A DNA stretch of 64,000 nt from a phage. The stretch lies in the NCBI GenBank assembly GCA_011915565.1, contig GCA_011915565.1_3920.1. One strand, 5' to 3'. The notes under the pieces were generated by a model, which made no database searches, had not been told where the DNA came from, and was given only the letters and a program-made list of their open reading frames with translations. Both the position numbers and the translations under genes were made by a program. This document shows, one piece after another, positions 60,998 through 64,000 of the stretch (its first letter is position 1; the number at the start of each line of letters is the position of its first letter).

Positions 60998-61579
60998 TCA
61001 AGAGTATTTTTTAGGCAGTAATGCACTGCGCTTATTGCTCTCTTCACTCAATAGTGCGATAAATTCATCACCTTTACCCTTCCACGGGCTGAATGTCGGA
61101 ATGTGCTCTCTGATAGCATCAATCACTGTTTTAAGGGCGTTGTTCTTTAACCACCAATCAGATACCGCTGAAGCTACAATGTAGTAAGCACCGTCATCTG
61201 TGAAGATTGGCTCAGAGATACATGGCGAAATCATAGTGGTAATGATAGAACCATTATTCATGTAGTATGTTCTTTTTTCAACCTTATCAAGAAGCTTATG
61301 AAGGTCTGCAAAGAGACTCACCACCTCTTTATGGTCAATATCTTTTTCAAGATTTGCTCTATATTTCAATAGTGCAGCATCGACCTCTTTGTCATTGAAT
61401 TTGAAGTATTGAACTTCTTCATTCACACATACACTGATGTTGTTGGTGTTTATCGTCAATTTGCACAGTTTGACTGGAGAGTTAATGTTGGTCTGAAAAA
61501 GTGCTACACAGCCTTCTACATTCCCGAAATGTTTGACTAATGTAACTTCTGGTTGGATGTGCTCATGTTCTTCTGACAT
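60998..61579 (-). CDS. hypothetical protein
   Basis: 193 aa. Confidence 0.45.
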   Translation of the reverse strand: MSEEHEHIQPEVTLVKHFGNVEGCVALFQTNINSPVKLCKLTINTNNISVCVNEEVQYFKFNDKEVDAALLKYRANLEKDIDHKEVVSLFADLHKLLDKVEKRTYYMNNGSIITTMISPCISEPIFTDDGAYYIVASAVSDWWLKNNALKTVIDAIREHIPTFSPWKGKGDEFIALLSEESNKRSALLPKKYS

Positions 61580-61923
61580 TATAGTTTCCTCATTAAATAC
61601 TTTTTAAGTTGTGTGTTAGGTTTCTCAAAAACTTCTATAGAAGATATCTTGACAGACTCACCACGCATACCTGTATGTTTAAATATGTAATACTCTAACA
61701 TCCCTATGTACTTTGCTGGTAAGTCATGTTTGACATACACTGTTACAGAATCTTCAAATTCAACAACCTTTGTACCATCCTTGTAGTTAAACTCTCTAGG
61801 GTGGTTGTAGTTATCAATGTCATACATTAAAAAGAGTCTTTTCCGTTGCATGTCAAGCTTATTGGTTAAAGACTCTTTAATATCTGAGAAGTTTTTGTAC
61901 ACTGTGACATGGAGCTTACTCAT
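61579..61923 (-). CDS. hypothetical protein
   Basis: 114 aa, coupled. Confidence 0.45.
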   Translation of the reverse strand: MSKLHVTVYKNFSDIKESLTNKLDMQRKRLFLMYDIDNYNHPREFNYKDGTKVVEFEDSVTVYVKHDLPAKYIGMLEYYIFKHTGMRGESVKISSIEVFEKPNTQLKKYLMRKL

Positions 61924-62209
61924 CGTTAAACTCTCTGACGAAGAAATAGTTGACTTTGTTATTACCTACCATAAGGTCAAAGCAGGTATTTTCAAAAGGT
62001 TTGTTGTAGGCATCGTATGAAATATATGGGTCAGCTACTTGCTTAGTGCTTAACTTCTTACTTGATGGATTTAAGAGGCCACCATACAGCTTCTTGATAG
62101 CCTCTTCTACAACAGACCAGATAATTTCGTCAGTAATTTCTTCGTACAGGTCAAGTTCACGCTCCAGTGAGAAGTCACAAATAGGGAAAACAACCTGTAC
62201 TTTACTCAT
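61916..62209 (-). CDS. hypothetical protein
   Basis: 97 aa. Confidence 0.4.
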   Translation of the reverse strand: MSKVQVVFPICDFSLERELDLYEEITDEIIWSVVEEAIKKLYGGLLNPSSKKLSTKQVADPYISYDAYNKPFENTCFDLMVGNNKVNYFFVREFNDE

Positions 62210-62616
62210 TAACGAATAACCTGTGAGACTTGAATTGCTTCAGTTACTGACAAGTCACCTACTTTCTCTTCTTTGATAAAAGTGAAGGTGAGTTCAACAG
62301 GTTCTTGCTCTTCTTGCTCTTCTTGCTCAACTGGAACACCATTAAGCTCATCAAAGATTGATTGGGTTGTCCAGTCTTCTCCACCATCTGGATAGTGGAT
62401 TACGTAGAGAGGGAACTCTGTGTTAAACCAACCAAATACAGGGCAGCCATCTTCATCATCTCGCACCCGATGAAGGGTGCTTCCAGACCCTGTAAAACGA
62501 AGGAATAAATCTCCGTTGCACTTGAATATTACTGCGTCGGCAAAACCGATGTCTTCTCGACCATCATGACCAAATGTGTCAACCTTTACTTGAATATCTC
62601 TAACATCTTTATTCAT
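62209..62616 (-). CDS. hypothetical protein with acidic EQE repeat
   Basis: EQEEQEEQE stretch encoded by 9 bp tandem ttcttgctc x3 at 62302-62328. Confidence 0.45.
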   Translation of the reverse strand: MNKDVRDIQVKVDTFGHDGREDIGFADAVIFKCNGDLFLRFTGSGSTLHRVRDDEDGCPVFGWFNTEFPLYVIHYPDGGEDWTTQSIFDELNGVPVEQEEQEEQEPVELTFTFIKEEKVGDLSVTEAIQVSQVIR

Positions 62617-63007
62617 AAAAACCTCTCTCTGCTTGTTCGATTTTTGCTCTTAAAGTTTCGCAATGCTGTAGATGGTAGTTAGCTTCTTGTTCATGTGTTG
62701 CTAACTGCCTTTCCAGAACAGATTTATAGTAACCTGCAAGTTGCTCTTTTGTCAATGGGTGCTCTGAAATAATATCAAGTCCACTTTCACCAAGAGGATT
62801 GAATTGTCCATGCTCATTGACATTGTAAGTCTCAAACTTGAACATACCATTGTTCACAGACTTAATAGGTGACAGTTCAACAAGCTCTACAGTAAACCGT
62901 GTATACACCTTGTCGCCTCTTGAAACTACATTGTTTCCAATGATGCGTACAAGCGAACCATTACGAGTGTATTTAAAAGTCCCAAAATCACTAGCCCAAA
63001 GCTTCAT
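62609..63007 (-). CDS. hypothetical protein
   Basis: 132 aa. Confidence 0.45.
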   Translation of the reverse strand: MKLWASDFGTFKYTRNGSLVRIIGNNVVSRGDKVYTRFTVELVELSPIKSVNNGMFKFETYNVNEHGQFNPLGESGLDIISEHPLTKEQLAGYYKSVLERQLATHEQEANYHLQHCETLRAKIEQAERGFYE

Positions 63008-63027
63008 AGTTTTCTCCTTAGAAAATA

Positions 63028-63055
63028 AAAAAGGCTCCCGAAGGAGCCTATGAAG
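63028..63055 (-). terminator. intrinsic terminator downstream of the lysozyme gene
   Basis: Minus strand ggctcc-ttcg-ggagcc hairpin followed by ttttttatttt. Confidence 0.65.
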
Positions 63056-63058
63056 ATA

Positions 63059-63523
63059 TTACTTTGGATATACACTGTCAAGATAAATGTCAGCTTCCAT
63101 TCTACGTCTGTTTTTCAGACCGTTTGAAGTGACCTTCTTACCTTTGACTGTAACCTTGTTCCACCACTGCATAGCTTCTGCACAACCTACCTTATTACCA
63201 GCATTGTGGCGCTTGATAAATGTGGAATCCTGCATAGCTGTGATACCGATGTTGTATGTTTCACTTACAAGTGCATCGAACTCATTCTGAGTAGTTGGAA
63301 CCTTGATAGCTTTGTTCACTGCTGCAACAAACTTCTCAACATCCGCGAGAAGATACTGTTCAGCTTGTTCAGCGGTGATTTTCATTCCCATCTTAACAGG
63401 TTTTCCGTCAATACGGATTGTACCATACCCGATTGTTGGGATTCCGGCAGAGTCTTCGTAAGCCTCTAACTCCAGACCTTCGAAGAACTTAATAGCTTCT
63501 AAACCTTTTCTTGAGAGTTGCAT
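63059..63523 (-). CDS. lysozyme (GH24 endolysin-like)
   Basis: N-terminal LELEAYEDSAGIPTIGYGT region resembles the catalytic Glu/Asp/Thr region of T4/lambda-type lysozymes; 154 aa. Confidence 0.75.
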   Translation of the reverse strand: MQLSRKGLEAIKFFEGLELEAYEDSAGIPTIGYGTIRIDGKPVKMGMKITAEQAEQYLLADVEKFVAAVNKAIKVPTTQNEFDALVSETYNIGITAMQDSTFIKRHNAGNKVGCAEAMQWWNKVTVKGKKVTSNGLKNRRRMEADIYLDSVYPK

Positions 63524-64000
63524 TATGCCTCCCCTGCTGGGTTAACAGTAACTGTTGCAGCATTAGACGTTACAGAACCACCTGCACCAGTAACTACACA
63601 GGTGTAGCTTCCTGCATCAGCAGCGGTTGCACCTTCTTTGGTGTAAGTTGCAGTAGTTGCATCGAGGATGTCTTCCTCACCTTTCTTCCATTGGTAACCT
63701 GTCGCACCTGTTGCCACAACATTCAGCGTTAAGGTCTCACCTTCAGTGATTTCTTGATTGGTTGGCTGTTGAGTGATAACTGGTAAAGCTTTCACAGTAA
63801 CGGTTGCAGGGTTAGAAGTGACAGAACCACCTGCACCTGTTACAACGCAAGTGTATGAACCTGCATCTGCTGGCAGAGCACCAGACTTACTATAGGTTGC
63901 ATCTGTAGCCGAAGGAATGTCAGAGCCATCTTTCTTCCACTGATAACCTGTTGCACCTGTTGCAGTCACTTCCAAGTTGATGTTTCCACCCTCATTGACG
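63523..64000 (-). CDS. Ig-like domain repeat protein (partial, runs off window end)
   Basis: Two tandem ~75 aa repeats TGATGYQWKK...AGSYTCVVTGAGGSVTSN(P/A)ATVTV, typical of Ig-like virion decoration domains. Confidence 0.5.
   Translation of the reverse strand, partial: VNEGGNINLEVTATGATGYQWKKDGSDIPSATDATYSKSGALPADAGSYTCVVTGAGGSVTSNPATVTVKALPVITQQPTNQEITEGETLTLNVVATGATGYQWKKGEEDILDATTATYTKEGATAADAGSYTCVVTGAGGSVTSNAATVTVNPAGEA

Overview
The window reads as part of a virulent tailed dsDNA phage of a Gram-negative host, about 40% GC and densely coding. All calls come from reading the ORF translations and the DNA by eye; no database search or computation was run. The gene content (family A DNA polymerase, T7-type primase-helicase, DNA ligase, thymidylate synthase, DHFR, aerobic and anaerobic ribonucleotide reductases, Prs-like plus NAMPT-like pair, rIIA/rIIB-like pair, HxH tail fibres, homing endonucleases) is what I would expect of a Felix O1-like (Ounavirinae) myovirus, but that assignment is from memory and unverified. 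Layout: 1-9.5 kb baseplate and tail fibres (+); 9.5-20.9 kb nucleotide metabolism, ligase and polymerase (-); 21.1-50.5 kb replication, RNR, NAD and lysis-accessory genes (+); 50.6-56.7 kb an island of 13 small genes each behind a conserved promoter/stem-loop cassette (+); 56.7-58.4 kb an ORF-free repeat array; 58.4-64 kb unknown genes, a GH24 lysozyme and a partial Ig-like protein (-). The strongest candidates for undescribed biology are (a) the repeat-flanked two-gene cassette at 13.0-14.9 kb, with G-depleted pentameric tracts and covarying hairpins, and (b) the 1.7 kb repeat array at 56.7-58.4 kb. The Prs-like/NAMPT-like pair matches the recently described phage NAD+ reconstitution pathway, and a macro-like domain protein lies nearby. 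No tRNA or CRISPR array was found.
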